This document shows, one piece after another, positions 16,670 through 26,670 of a stretch of 64,000 nt of DNA. A program made the translations under genes and the position numbers. The notes under the pieces were generated by a model. That model was given only the letters and a program-made list of their open reading frames with translations, did no database searches and was not told the DNA's origin. Location: NCBI GenBank assembly GCA_043758065.1, contig JAYVOE010000025.1:6158-70157 (forward strand), given 5' to 3'. How positions within the stretch are numbered: position 1 is the stretch's first letter; every line of letters begins with the position of its first letter. Source of the DNA: Spartobacteria bacterium. GTDB lineage: Bacteria > Verrucomicrobiota > Verrucomicrobiia > Chthoniobacterales > DASVRZ01.

Positions 16670-19242
16670 GTTCTGTCGTCGGTGCGTTTCAGACTGGATC
16701 GATTGGCCGCTACTTCAACGAGTTCCGCGACGCGACGTTTCAGCCGCCAGGCCCGAACGAGTTGGTAAAGCACGAAGACGGCGAAGACCGTTTTTAGCCA
16801 GTAGTCGTTGTTAGAAGTCGCCAGCGAACGGTAAAGCAGGATGGAAAAAAAGATGAAGTTGATGAGGAAAGTTGTCACCGTTGGCTTGGCGCCGAGGTTG
16901 ACGCGCGTGAGACATTTGGGTCCGCCGTGATACTCGGTGACGCTACCAAATTTGATGATCCACCAGAAGTTTCCGTAGATTTGGATGTCCCAATTTTTCC
17001 ATCCGGTGTCGGTGCTGTAGCTCCAATTTTCAGTTTCAAGCGATGAGCAAACTTCTGTGATGAGCGCCTCGCGGCCCTGACCAGTTTCGTTCCAGAAAAT
17101 GAGATTTCCAAAGCCGCTGTATGGTTTGAGAGTCTTGTAATCGGCCTCGTGGGTGGCGATGACTGCGCGTGGTGTTCGTTTGTAAGACATCCACGTGAAG
17201 TAGCGTGCCCACCCGCGCATCAGGGGTTGGGTGAGCGCTAGGAAAACGACTAACAGTCGAGCTCCAATCGTATCGAATTTCGGCTCGATGCGGGCGTTTA
17301 ACATGTAGGAAAGTGCAACCAGAAAAGTGGCGCCAAACATCAGAAACGGCACGATCCGCAAGGTCGGGATTGGCACTGCTAACATGAAAATAAAGAGGGT
17401 CAGCGCGACCCATTCCACGCTACTAACATAGGCAGCGATCTCCGATTGCGGGGCCGGATAAATGGACTGGAAAAGTCCTTGTCCGAAAACGCCGTGGTAA
17501 ATGATTGGTTTTTTGAGGAGCCAATTAAAACGCGGCGTGCCGTAGATCATGCCCTTCCATTTCGCGGTTCCGGTGGGGCCAAAGAAGACGAGGTGCTGAA
17601 AGCGGAGCATGGATTCCGCTTCGCCGTAGCCTTCCTGTTGTTTGCGAAACGCTTGCAACGTAAAGCGCCGGTAGTGCCAGACGATGGCTGCGGGTGAGAA
17701 CGCGATGACGCCGCCATTGGTCTGTAAGCGCCAGCAAAAATCCACGTCGTCGCCCGCTTTGCGATATTCCGGGTCGAATCCGCCGACGCTGTAGAAAGCC
17801 CATTTGTGGAAGGCCATGTTGCAGCCCGGAATGTGTTCGGCAACGACGTCGGTGAGCAAAACGTGACTAGGCCCACCGGGAGCCGCGGCGACAGCGGCTT
17901 GAATCCAATCGACCGCGGGCGGGGAAATATTTGGCCCGCCCACGCCGGCGTAATCGCCGCTGATGAGAGTGCCCACCAGGTAGTAGAGCCAGTCGGGATC
18001 GGCCATGCAGTCGGAGTCGGTGTAGGCGAAAATTTCGCCCGTGGCGGAATGCGCCCCGGTATTGCGGGCGTAGCTCAGGCCCATGTTTTTTTGGACGATG
18101 TTTTGGAAATCGGGCAGGCGGCGTCCGCTGCGTTTGCGAGAGCTTTCGAAGGCGGAGACGAGCGTCTGAGTGTTGTCCTTCGAGCCGTCATCCACCAAGA
18201 CGATTTCGTAATCCGGGTAGTTCAGAAGATCGAGAGACTCGAGACAATCCTTCAACGTTTTCCCGCCGTTGTAAGAACAAACAATTATGGAAACACGCGG
18301 GTATTTTTCCAGTTTCACCCGGCTCGTAACGGGCTCATTTCCGGCGAGGCGATCCTTCAATAAATGAAACGCTTTCTTCGGCTGTCGATCGCGCGTGACC
18401 AAGCCGAAGGCCCAGTCCGTAATCTCCATTCCGCCGGTGAACCATTCATCAGTCCACGCGTAAAAAATCGTTCCAGCCGCGCCGCCTTTCACCACACAAT
18501 CGAGATGCCAGTCGAGAACCTCGGCTTGTTTTTCCTCGGCGTTGCGGATGGTGTCCATGCCGAATTCGCCGAAGATCAGCGGCTTATCGCCGGCGAGATT
18601 TTGCAGCCGCGCCAGATAGCGTTCGAAGTCCGCTCTTCTTTCGAGGTAAACGTTGAAGCTGTAAAAATCGACGTTTTGCGGAAGCAAATATTCCGTCGGC
18701 GGATAGCTGGCGTAGGAAAATAGGGCGTCGGGATCTTGCGCCCGTGCGCATGTAATGAGGTGCTCGACGAATTCTACGACGCGGCCTGCTCCGAGCCAGC
18801 GCACCATTGAGCAGGGGATTTCGTTGCCAACGAGATAACCAAATATCGCAGGATGTCCGGCATTCTTTTTCACTGCTTCCTCGATGGTCTTGACGATTCC
18901 GGCCCGGATTTTTGGTTGGTCGAGAAAGGCGACGTGTTGCGTCCAGGGAATGGAAATAAGCACGCGAATGCCAGCTTCCCCGGCAAGATCGAGGAACCAG
19001 CGCGGCGGTGCATAGTAGATGCGCAGGAGGTTCGCGCCCATCTCTGCCATCAGCCGGAGATCTTCGCGGCTGCGCTCCGGCGAGGCGAAATATTCCCCAT
19101 CGGAGTTCGGGTGAAATGGCCCGTAGGTTACGCCCTTGAGAAAGAATTTCTCATCCCCGGCAAAGAAAAATTTGGCGCGGACTCGCACGCGCGGAAGGTT
19201 GCTCACAGGGGCGAGAGTGGTCGTGAGAGAGGAAGAAATCAA
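16666..19242 (-). CDS. fusion protein: N-terminal TIM-barrel glycoside-hydrolase-like domain, family-2 glycosyltransferase, and C-terminal TM region
   Basis: The GH-like region contains LLRIYYAPP...GYLVGNEIP. The GT2 core contains VSIIVCSYNGGKTL...VLVDDGSKDNT...DSDC. The C-terminus has TM helices. The start (TTG 19242) is uncertain. Confidence 0.7.
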   Translation of the reverse strand: MISSSLTTTLAPVSNLPRVRVRAKFFFAGDEKFFLKGVTYGPFHPNSDGEYFASPERSREDLRLMAEMGANLLRIYYAPPRWFLDLAGEAGIRVLISIPWTQHVAFLDQPKIRAGIVKTIEEAVKKNAGHPAIFGYLVGNEIPCSMVRWLGAGRVVEFVEHLITCARAQDPDALFSYASYPPTEYLLPQNVDFYSFNVYLERRADFERYLARLQNLAGDKPLIFGEFGMDTIRNAEEKQAEVLDWHLDCVVKGGAAGTIFYAWTDEWFTGGMEITDWAFGLVTRDRQPKKAFHLLKDRLAGNEPVTSRVKLEKYPRVSIIVCSYNGGKTLKDCLESLDLLNYPDYEIVLVDDGSKDNTQTLVSAFESSRKRSGRRLPDFQNIVQKNMGLSYARNTGAHSATGEIFAYTDSDCMADPDWLYYLVGTLISGDYAGVGGPNISPPAVDWIQAAVAAAPGGPSHVLLTDVVAEHIPGCNMAFHKWAFYSVGGFDPEYRKAGDDVDFCWRLQTNGGVIAFSPAAIVWHYRRFTLQAFRKQQEGYGEAESMLRFQHLVFFGPTGTAKWKGMIYGTPRFNWLLKKPIIYHGVFGQGLFQSIYPAPQSEIAAYVSSVEWVALTLFIFMLAVPIPTLRIVPFLMFGATFLVALSYMLNARIEPKFDTIGARLLVVFLALTQPLMRGWARYFTWMSYKRTPRAVIATHEADYKTLKPYSGFGNLIFWNETGQGREALITEVCSSLETENWSYSTDTGWKNWDIQIYGNFWWIIKFGSVTEYHGGPKCLTRVNLGAKPTVTTFLINFIFFSILLYRSLATSNNDYWLKTVFAVFVLYQLVRAWRLKRRVAELVEVAANRSSLKRTDDRT

Positions 19243-19284
19243 GAGCCGAGTCAGACGGCGATCACCGACTTCTCTTCAGAAAAC

Positions 19285-19302
19285 TTTTCAGGCGAGTTCC
19301 AC
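19285..19302 (-). repeat. interspersed motif copy (GTGGAACTCGCCTGAAAA on the minus strand; its TGA is the MFS stop)
   Basis: Read directly. Confidence 0.8.
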
Positions 19303-20517
19303 CGCAATCTCCGGGGCGGTTTGAGGGAGAACTTTGATGCAGAGCATACAGGCCGCAGCGAGTAAAAGGATTCCGCTGCTCGCGAGAAACGAGGTGCGCG
19401 CGTAATTTTCCACCGGGTCCAGATAGAGCAGATGAAACGCAATCAGCGGCCCAATGAAGCGCCCGAGACTGCCTGCGGAAGCGATCAGGCCGAGCACGCG
19501 CCCTTGGGTATGCGGGTCGCTACTACGCGAGGCCAGACCGTTCATGGTGGGCGTGACGAGACTATTTCCAATGGAAATTCCGGTGCAGACCAAAAGCAGC
19601 ATCCCCAAATGAGGCGGCGTGTTTGGTAAAAAATACATGCTGATCGCGAGAAGCGTCGCGCCGATGACAGCGAGTTGTTTTTCGATTGGGCGCCGCAAGA
19701 GCCGCCGTAAAACGCCGCCTTGCATCACCACACCGAGGAATCCGACGTAGAAAAAAATCCATCCAGTCTGAGCGATATTGAACCCAAATCGTTTTTCGCA
19801 GAAGAGCGCGAAGAGAGATGTCATAATGGAAAACCCGACAATCGAAGCGAACTGGCTGGCGAGAATCATCGAGATCAAACCGGCGCGACCTTCCGAAAAG
19901 ACTTCGCTCAAACTCGCATTTTCCCGAACACGAGCCCGGACTTCCGGCGTCAGCGTTTCCGGCAGCCGGAACGCAACTAATCCGCAATTGATCAGCGCCA
20001 TCCCAGCCGCAACAAAGAAGGGGAGCGATGGAGAGATTTTTCCGAGCACGCCGCCCATGGCTGGTCCGATCATGAAGCCCAAACCGAATGCGGCCCCGAT
20101 CAAGCCCATCGCTTTGGAGCGATTTTCCTTCGTCGTCACGTCGGCAATGCAGGCCATGCCGGTGGAAATATTTCCGCCACTGGCGCCGTCAATGATGCGT
20201 CCGAGGAGGAGCATCCCGTAGCTTCCGGCAAGTCCGGTGACGAGAAATCCGACGGCGGTTCCGAAGATGCTAATCGTCAAAACCGGCTTGCGCCCGAATC
20301 GGTCGGAGATCTTTCCGAAGATCGGGGAGCAGATCAATTGCAGTAGCGAAAAAATCCCGACGAGCACGCTCATTTGAGTGGGACTCGCATGAAATTTTCC
20401 GCCTTCCGCGTAAACCGGCAGCACCGGAATGACAATCCCAAAACCGATCATATCGATGAAGATCGTTAGAAAAATAAGCGTCAACGGAGACAACGACGAT
20501 TTCTTGGAGTCGGCCAT
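19288..20517 (-). CDS. MFS transporter (drug/H+ antiporter-like)
   Basis: 409 aa with 12 TM helices and the MFS signature GKISDRFGRKPVL. Confidence 0.8.
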   Translation of the reverse strand: MADSKKSSLSPLTLIFLTIFIDMIGFGIVIPVLPVYAEGGKFHASPTQMSVLVGIFSLLQLICSPIFGKISDRFGRKPVLTISIFGTAVGFLVTGLAGSYGMLLLGRIIDGASGGNISTGMACIADVTTKENRSKAMGLIGAAFGLGFMIGPAMGGVLGKISPSLPFFVAAGMALINCGLVAFRLPETLTPEVRARVRENASLSEVFSEGRAGLISMILASQFASIVGFSIMTSLFALFCEKRFGFNIAQTGWIFFYVGFLGVVMQGGVLRRLLRRPIEKQLAVIGATLLAISMYFLPNTPPHLGMLLLVCTGISIGNSLVTPTMNGLASRSSDPHTQGRVLGLIASAGSLGRFIGPLIAFHLLYLDPVENYARTSFLASSGILLLAAACMLCIKVLPQTAPEIAVELA

Positions 20518-20577
20518 GGAGCGGAAGAGATACTCCGAAATTCAGCGAACGCCAAGCACTGGAAATACGCGCGGAAA

Positions 20578-20595
20578 TTTTCAGTCGAGTTCCAT
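20578..20595 (-). repeat. interspersed motif copy (ATGGAACTCGACTGAAAA on the minus strand; its TGA is the U32 stop)
   Basis: Read directly. Confidence 0.8.
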
Positions 20596-22977
20596 TAAAG
20601 TCCCGGTCGTCACGCCCAATTGCGCCGTTGATTTTAAGTTCCTCCAAAGCGATTCGCCGCTGGCCGCTCCGGAGAGCAAGTCCTGGTAGGCCGCGACGAT
20701 TCGCGTAGTTTGCGCAGCGTCTTCCTCCAGCAGTTCGACTCGAAAATGCGCGAGACCCGTTGCGCGGAGGGCGTCGTAAAAGGGTGCGCCGGTTTGCGAT
20801 TTTGAGTTGAAAAGCGTGTTCCGGCAACCCGCGTCGGCCCGGAGCGGATGTTCCATGCCGACGCGATCGCGCAGATGAACGCGGTGGGTTTCGCATGGCC
20901 TGCCGCAGTTCGTATGATCCGTTCCTTGGGAAAGAAATGCAGCAAAAACGCAATGCTCCATGTGAAACATCGGCATGTGCTGATGCAAAGTTAGTTCTAA
21001 CCAATGGACCGGCGCGGATTCCAAAAGTGACACGACTTGGGGAAGATTCAGGTCGTAGGAAATCGTCACACGTTGCAGGCCGCAATCGATGAAATATTCG
21101 GCCGTGAGCGGGTTGGCGACGTTCAGCGAAAAATCTCCAATCTTCGGAAGCGGCGAATCGCGGTAGTAACTGAGTGCCCCGAGATTTCGAATGAGCAGGG
21201 CGTCGGGTTGGCAGTTTTCGATGAGTTTGAAAAAGCCGGCCTCGCCCGCTTTTTGAATGCGCGGCGTTGCCAAAGTGATCCGAGTTCCAGGCGATTCACG
21301 GATCAATGTAACGGCGTCGCGGTATCGGCGAATGTCTTCGAAGTCCGCATAAATTTCCCTTGCTCCTGCTGCGAGTGCGGCCGTGATTTGTTCCGGCGTT
21401 CGGCAGAGCACGTGAAGCTGAGGCGCCTGTAACTCCGATGAAACTTTTTCCGGCAGGATCGACGGGATCGTGATTTCCGGGCGGTGCGATTCACGTGCAA
21501 CATCGAGGGCGTAAACAAGTTCGCGCCGGAGGCGATTTAGTTCGCCAATCGGGAGGATGAGATCGCCGCTCAATTGGTTCTCTAGCTGGCCCAATGCGTA
21601 GCCGCTTTCCCCAAATTTTCCGAGGTGCTCGCGAAGTCGTTCGGTAGTCAACGGCGCCGTCCGTGCGGGTTGCAACGGAATGGCAGAACGGACGGTCGCC
21701 AACGGCGTTGCAATGACGAGTGATTCGTCTGCAACTCCGCTCACTTTCAAATCAACCGTGGTCTTTTTTCTCGGTTCGATCCGGCCGGAAAAGCTCTGTC
21801 GCAATTGGTCGTCCAGCTTGGGATCGCTGGTTTTCCACAAGCGTGCTCCCGCTTTGATTTTCGAGAAATCGATCTGACTCCGTTGAAAAGTAATCTGCCC
21901 GCCATGTAGTCCGTAAATGCGTCCGCCTTGTTCGTGATTCGTGTCGCCACCCGTGTCGAAGACGACGCCGTCGCCGAGCTTAAGATTGCCGAAGTCGCCG
22001 ATTTCGACGTGATCTTTGCCAACCTTCGTGACGACTCCCAGATAGGTGCCGCGCTTTTTTCCGTAGCGCGCTCCGACGAGTTCCTGGTGATTCACGCCGT
22101 GCATCCAGCCGGGATAAAGTCCGCGAGAAAATGTCATCTCGAGCTGATATTTTTCCGCCGTAGAAAGTTGGACTTTCATCCGAGTCAGAGCGGAATCAAT
22201 CGCCCTCCGATAGACCTGACAAACTGCGGCCACGTATTCCGGGGACTTGAGTCGGCCTTCGATTTTAAAGCTCACCACGCCAAGTTCGAGCAATTGGGGA
22301 ATCTGTTCCGCCGCTGCCAAATCCTGTGGGGAGAGAAGATATTTTTTGTCGCCTAGATCGCGGCGCTGACCATCGACAATGAGTTCGTAAGGCATGCGGC
22401 AAGCCTGGGCGCATTCGCCGCGATTTGCGCTCCGTTGGCCAAGCGATTCCGACGTGAGACACTGGCCGGAATACGCCACGCAGAGAGCTCCATGGACGAA
22501 GGCTTCGAGCGGCACGGTGCCATCGAATTTTTCCAGTTCGCGGAGGGAGGTTTCGCGAGCGAGGACGACGCGAGTGCAACCTAACTCGCGTGCAAATTCC
22601 GCGCCCTCGGGGGAGGTGATCGTCATCTGTGTGGAAGCGTGGATCGCGAGCTCCGGAACGATCTTTTTTGCGAGTCGAACCAAGCCAACATCCTGCACGA
22701 TCAACGCGTCGACGCCGGAACGATTGAGCAGCCGCAATTGGTCCGCAGCCGCTTCTAACTCGGATGTAAAAACGAGCGTATTAAATGCCACGTAAGCCTT
22801 CACTCCATGGCGATGGGCAAAGCGGACGACCTCGGGCAGTTCTTCCTCCGTGAAATTATCTGCACGCATCCGTGCGTTGAATTTTGGCAGTCCGAAATAG
22901 ACTGCGTCCGCTCCGTTGGCGACAGCGGCGCGCAGACAATCCCAGCCACCGGCGGGAGCTAATAATTCGGGTTCCAT
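20581..22977 (-). CDS. peptidase U32 family protein with a long C-terminal extension
   Basis: MEPELLAPAGGWDCLRAAVANGADAVYFGLPKFNAR..., plus the E-x-F-x-H-G-A-L-C U32 signature (EAFVHGALCVAYSGQC). 798 aa. Confidence 0.85.
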   Translation of the reverse strand: MEPELLAPAGGWDCLRAAVANGADAVYFGLPKFNARMRADNFTEEELPEVVRFAHRHGVKAYVAFNTLVFTSELEAAADQLRLLNRSGVDALIVQDVGLVRLAKKIVPELAIHASTQMTITSPEGAEFARELGCTRVVLARETSLRELEKFDGTVPLEAFVHGALCVAYSGQCLTSESLGQRSANRGECAQACRMPYELIVDGQRRDLGDKKYLLSPQDLAAAEQIPQLLELGVVSFKIEGRLKSPEYVAAVCQVYRRAIDSALTRMKVQLSTAEKYQLEMTFSRGLYPGWMHGVNHQELVGARYGKKRGTYLGVVTKVGKDHVEIGDFGNLKLGDGVVFDTGGDTNHEQGGRIYGLHGGQITFQRSQIDFSKIKAGARLWKTSDPKLDDQLRQSFSGRIEPRKKTTVDLKVSGVADESLVIATPLATVRSAIPLQPARTAPLTTERLREHLGKFGESGYALGQLENQLSGDLILPIGELNRLRRELVYALDVARESHRPEITIPSILPEKVSSELQAPQLHVLCRTPEQITAALAAGAREIYADFEDIRRYRDAVTLIRESPGTRITLATPRIQKAGEAGFFKLIENCQPDALLIRNLGALSYYRDSPLPKIGDFSLNVANPLTAEYFIDCGLQRVTISYDLNLPQVVSLLESAPVHWLELTLHQHMPMFHMEHCVFAAFLSQGTDHTNCGRPCETHRVHLRDRVGMEHPLRADAGCRNTLFNSKSQTGAPFYDALRATGLAHFRVELLEEDAAQTTRIVAAYQDLLSGAASGESLWRNLKSTAQLGVTTGTLMELD

Positions 22978-23036
22978 CGATATCTAGGCAGTAGCTCGAC
23001 AGGCGGAATTTCCATCCCTAGTTTGCAAACCTGCTC

Positions 23037-23711
23037 ATGCTTCGCAACTTGCCATACCTCGCTGCACTCGCGATCTATTTTTTGGGTGCGACCGTTCAGG
23101 CGGAGTCGGAATCGGATCTCGTGGAGATTCAAACGATCGACCCGACGATCCTCGTGGAGCTTAAATATGCGACGAGTGACAACCTCTCCGGGCGCGTGCT
23201 TTATCCGGCGGATTTCCGGGCGCAGCTTCGGCGCGGTGTGGCACTCGAATTACACTCGGCACAGGAGGCTTTGCGGCCCCTCGGTTTGGGGCTGAAGGTT
23301 TGGGATGCCTATCGACCGTTGGAGGTGCAAAAGGCTCTTTTTGAAATTATCAGCAATCCCAGCTACGTGGCGGCTCCTGGTGGTCTGGCCATGCACAATC
23401 GTGGTGTCGCCGTGGATGTGACGTTGGTGGATGCTTCCGGTCGGGATTTGGAAATGCCGACGAAGTTTGATGCGATGGGACATGCGGCGACTTATTTTTA
23501 TGACGGCGGAAACCCGCTCATTTTGAGAAATCTGATTGTGTTGCAGAGAGTGATGAAACAAGCAGGCTTTTATGCCTGCAAGACGGAGTGGTGGCATTTT
23601 TTTAGTCGGAAATGGGAACGTTATCCGAATGTTCCGGAAGCGCCTGAGAATACGCCACTTGCCCAAGAAAAAGGCGTCCATTCCAAGCTCAAAAATCGTA
23701 ATGCAGACTAG
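23037..23711 (+). CDS. D-alanyl-D-alanine dipeptidase (M15D, VanX/DdpX family), secreted
   Basis: It has a signal peptide plus the motifs YRP...HNRGVAVDV...EWWHF. Confidence 0.8.
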   Translation: MLRNLPYLAALAIYFLGATVQAESESDLVEIQTIDPTILVELKYATSDNLSGRVLYPADFRAQLRRGVALELHSAQEALRPLGLGLKVWDAYRPLEVQKALFEIISNPSYVAAPGGLAMHNRGVAVDVTLVDASGRDLEMPTKFDAMGHAATYFYDGGNPLILRNLIVLQRVMKQAGFYACKTEWWHFFSRKWERYPNVPEAPENTPLAQEKGVHSKLKNRNAD

Positions 23712-23713
23712 CT

Positions 23714-24094
23714 ATGAGTGACCCGGTCCCCTACCGCATTCTGGTCGTCGAGGACCATGCCGATAGTGCGATGATGCTGACGCGGTTGTTGAATCGCGCT
23801 GGGTTTTCCGTTCTTTCGGCGGGCTGTGTGAGCGAGGCATTGGCCCTCGCAGACGCGCAAGAATCGGCTGGAACTCCGTTCAATTTCGTCGTGAGCGACC
23901 TGGGTCTACCAGACGCGACGGGCTACGATTTGATGCGAAGTTTGCGGGAAAAACACCACATTCAGGGTGTCGCCCTGAGTGGTTATGGTCAGTCCGACGA
24001 CGTGCGACGGGCCATGGAAGCGGGCTTCTCTCATCACCTGACCAAGCCAATCGATTTCGAACGGCTCAAGAGTATTATCGATCAGATGCTTTAA
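23714..24094 (+). CDS. stand-alone response-regulator receiver domain protein
   Basis: 126 aa, with ILVVEDH, the phospho-acceptor context VVSDLGLPD, and HLTKP. Confidence 0.8.
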   Translation: MSDPVPYRILVVEDHADSAMMLTRLLNRAGFSVLSAGCVSEALALADAQESAGTPFNFVVSDLGLPDATGYDLMRSLREKHHIQGVALSGYGQSDDVRRAMEAGFSHHLTKPIDFERLKSIIDQML

Positions 24095-24101
24095 CCCGTG
24101 C

Positions 24102-26534
24102 TCAGAGCCGGGCGCGAAAAATGTAGTCGTCGAGGATGCTCCACGCCTTGTCCCAGTTTCCATTCTGTGTCTGTAGGCGTGCCTCGAAATAGTGCAAATA
24201 CAATGGCGCTCCCTTGAAGGTTTGCAGACGTTCCAATGTGACGAGCGCGCCGTAACGATCGTTCCGGCGGAGTTGCGATTGGAGTAATGAAACCCCGGTG
24301 GCAAGGCTGCCGCGAGCATAGAATTCTCGCTGAAGCTCCGGTTCGGATGCCGCTGTGCTGAGTTTCGGGAGCTGCGGCGGAGTCAGTGTCTTAAAGGCGA
24401 GTTTACACGCGAGTTCGAACCGATTCTGGCGCGCATACGCAGCGGCTAGCGACAGGTTGCAGGTCGGGAGCAGATAAGGATTTTTCTCGATAAACGCGAT
24501 GGCCTCCGCAGGATTTCCGCGTCCCACCCAGACGTCTAAAAGCCCGCGCTGATTGGCTGGCTTGAGGTGTTCCAGCGTGGGGTTTTTCACTAGGAAATCC
24601 GCGAGCAGTTTTCGGAAGCGGGTTTGATCCACGTGGTTAAGTTGGATGATGATTCGACTGACATCGTTGCTTGCCAGAGCTTCGAGTTGTGAACGGAGAC
24701 GCGGGTAGGGTGCCGCAAGATCGAGATAGCGTGCGTAGGCCCGATCACTTTGCTCGGGTGGCATCCTCTGCAATGCTTCCGCCCATGGAAGCGCTGCCAG
24801 TTCCGGGCGATACGAAAGCCAGGCGAGGCCTTCATTTTCGGGCATGATGGGTGAAAAACGTTCAAGGCTGTTTGCTCGCTGAAAGTCTTGGAAACTGGCG
24901 GCCCACTCACGGCGCAGTAGGATACGACTGGTGCCGCGTTGATAATACAGTTGCCAGTCGAGTGGCACCCAGCGAAGGGCGGAATCGGTGATAGCAAAGG
25001 CGTCGGCAGAATCTTGCTGGGCAATTTGTTGGGCAGCCGATTTTTTGATTTGAGTGAGAGCCGCATGACCGGGCCACAGAGGCGGGGACTCGAGATTGAG
25101 GAACCACCCGACGGCGATCAAGACGAGGCCGAGAGCGATTGCGTAGGAGCGATTCGGGGAGATGGGCCGCGCAATCAATTGGCCGGGCCAAGCGAGACAA
25201 AAAAGAAATGTGGCTGGAAAAAACGTGCCGAAGCGATGACCGGAAACGTCGAAAAATCCGTGCAAAACGAAGAGTCCACCGCAGATTGCTGCTGCGAGGC
25301 GGAGTGGATGGGGGCGTTTAAATGATGCGCAAAATGCGCGCCAGACGAGCCAAAGAGATCCGGCCAGAATTAGCAAAGTGCCGGGCCATCCGATTTCACT
25401 GGCGAGCCACAGCCAGTCGCTTTCGGGGTGGATGATGCCGTTGTCGACGACGGCCAATTTTCTGAAAAGGGGGAAGACGTAACGGAAGTTGGAAAGTCCG
25501 AGCCCGATCCATGGGTGTTGAAGCGTCATGGCAAACGTGTCGCGGAAGATGAGACGGCGAAAGTCGTCCGTCATGGCTTGATGATTGTCGCCTTGAGTCA
25601 AGCGTTCCAACGTTTCTCCGCCGAAAGCGAGCAGGAGGGCGAGGACGAGCAAAAGTGAGGCGAGTCCGATCCATATCTTCTTTCGCGAGGGGACGGTTAG
25701 AGTCGTAATCAGCCAATAGATGCCGACGCCGAGTGCTGGGAGAATGATTCCGGCGCGGGAGAAATTGATGATGAGACCGTAGCCGACGATCAGTAAACCA
25801 CCGATCCAAAGCGGGGCGATGCGCGATTTTTTGGCGACGGCCATGTGCAGCAAGGCGACGAGCAAAACGAAGGTGAGCGATAGCAGATCGGCGGTCTGGT
25901 TCCGGTTGGGAAATGGGCCGAATAACCTTTGCGCGTGCCAGAAAGGCAGGGGACGTGCGGTATAAAATCCGATCAAGCCGGCCACGGTGAGGAGGATCAT
26001 TCCGACGGCGAAGAGTTCTGCGAGCGGCTTCCGCACCTCTCGGGTCCAGCCTTGTCCGCTCAGCCAATAAATCCAGGCGACCCCGCCGAGCCAAGCCAGA
26101 TAGGAGTCCGCGGTGAGCCACGGCTGAGGGGAGATGGTTGAGGGAAAATGGATGGCCAATCGTTGCGTGAGGTCATTTCTCCAATCGGGAATCCCGGTAA
26201 GGCTGACGGGTAGGAAAGCGAGCAACGGCAGAATGAGCAGCGCTATGAGAAAGAGTCGGTAGCGGATTTTAATGCCAGCGGCGACTGGATACACGATGAA
26301 CAAAACCGCGAGCAGGCAATACAGCGTGGCCATTGCCCAAATATCGACGGAACCACCGAGGAACGGGGCCATCCACACGACGGCCAGGACGGGGAGCAAG
26401 GCCCAGCGGGACGCGGTGTGATTGATGTGGCCGATGTGAGTGTGACGGCGGCTACGGTGTTTACGTTTTTTCTCCGAAGTTAATGGCTCGTCCGGCATCG
26501 CGGATTCGCTATCGAGCTGTGGGGAAGGCGACAC
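24102..26534 (-). CDS. O-antigen ligase/polymerase-like membrane protein with a C-terminal TPR-like region
   Basis: It has ~12 TM helices with a Wzy_C-like loop, followed by ~350 aa of helical-repeat region. The start is GTG 26534 or ATG 26498. Confidence 0.7.
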   Translation of the reverse strand: MSPSPQLDSESAMPDEPLTSEKKRKHRSRRHTHIGHINHTASRWALLPVLAVVWMAPFLGGSVDIWAMATLYCLLAVLFIVYPVAAGIKIRYRLFLIALLILPLLAFLPVSLTGIPDWRNDLTQRLAIHFPSTISPQPWLTADSYLAWLGGVAWIYWLSGQGWTREVRKPLAELFAVGMILLTVAGLIGFYTARPLPFWHAQRLFGPFPNRNQTADLLSLTFVLLVALLHMAVAKKSRIAPLWIGGLLIVGYGLIINFSRAGIILPALGVGIYWLITTLTVPSRKKIWIGLASLLLVLALLLAFGGETLERLTQGDNHQAMTDDFRRLIFRDTFAMTLQHPWIGLGLSNFRYVFPLFRKLAVVDNGIIHPESDWLWLASEIGWPGTLLILAGSLWLVWRAFCASFKRPHPLRLAAAICGGLFVLHGFFDVSGHRFGTFFPATFLFCLAWPGQLIARPISPNRSYAIALGLVLIAVGWFLNLESPPLWPGHAALTQIKKSAAQQIAQQDSADAFAITDSALRWVPLDWQLYYQRGTSRILLRREWAASFQDFQRANSLERFSPIMPENEGLAWLSYRPELAALPWAEALQRMPPEQSDRAYARYLDLAAPYPRLRSQLEALASNDVSRIIIQLNHVDQTRFRKLLADFLVKNPTLEHLKPANQRGLLDVWVGRGNPAEAIAFIEKNPYLLPTCNLSLAAAYARQNRFELACKLAFKTLTPPQLPKLSTAASEPELQREFYARGSLATGVSLLQSQLRRNDRYGALVTLERLQTFKGAPLYLHYFEARLQTQNGNWDKAWSILDDYIFRARL

Positions 26535-26670
26535 GGGCCAAAGTTACGAAAAAATTGCTATTTCTGCCAGATAATTAAGCCATGCTGCCACTGCTCGACT
26601 AAAACAGGTTTGCCCGGTGTCCCGCGACGTGAGTAAGCTGTAACTCGCTTCTGTTTTTGCTCCGACTCCC

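Noticed and set aside
22984-23021. CTAGG...CCTAG inverted repeat flanking a motif-like core, similar to TTCCTAG...CTAGGAA at 33801-33838
   Set aside because: There are only two cases, the arm order is opposite, and the arms are only 5-7 bp. This is not enough to call a MITE-like unit.
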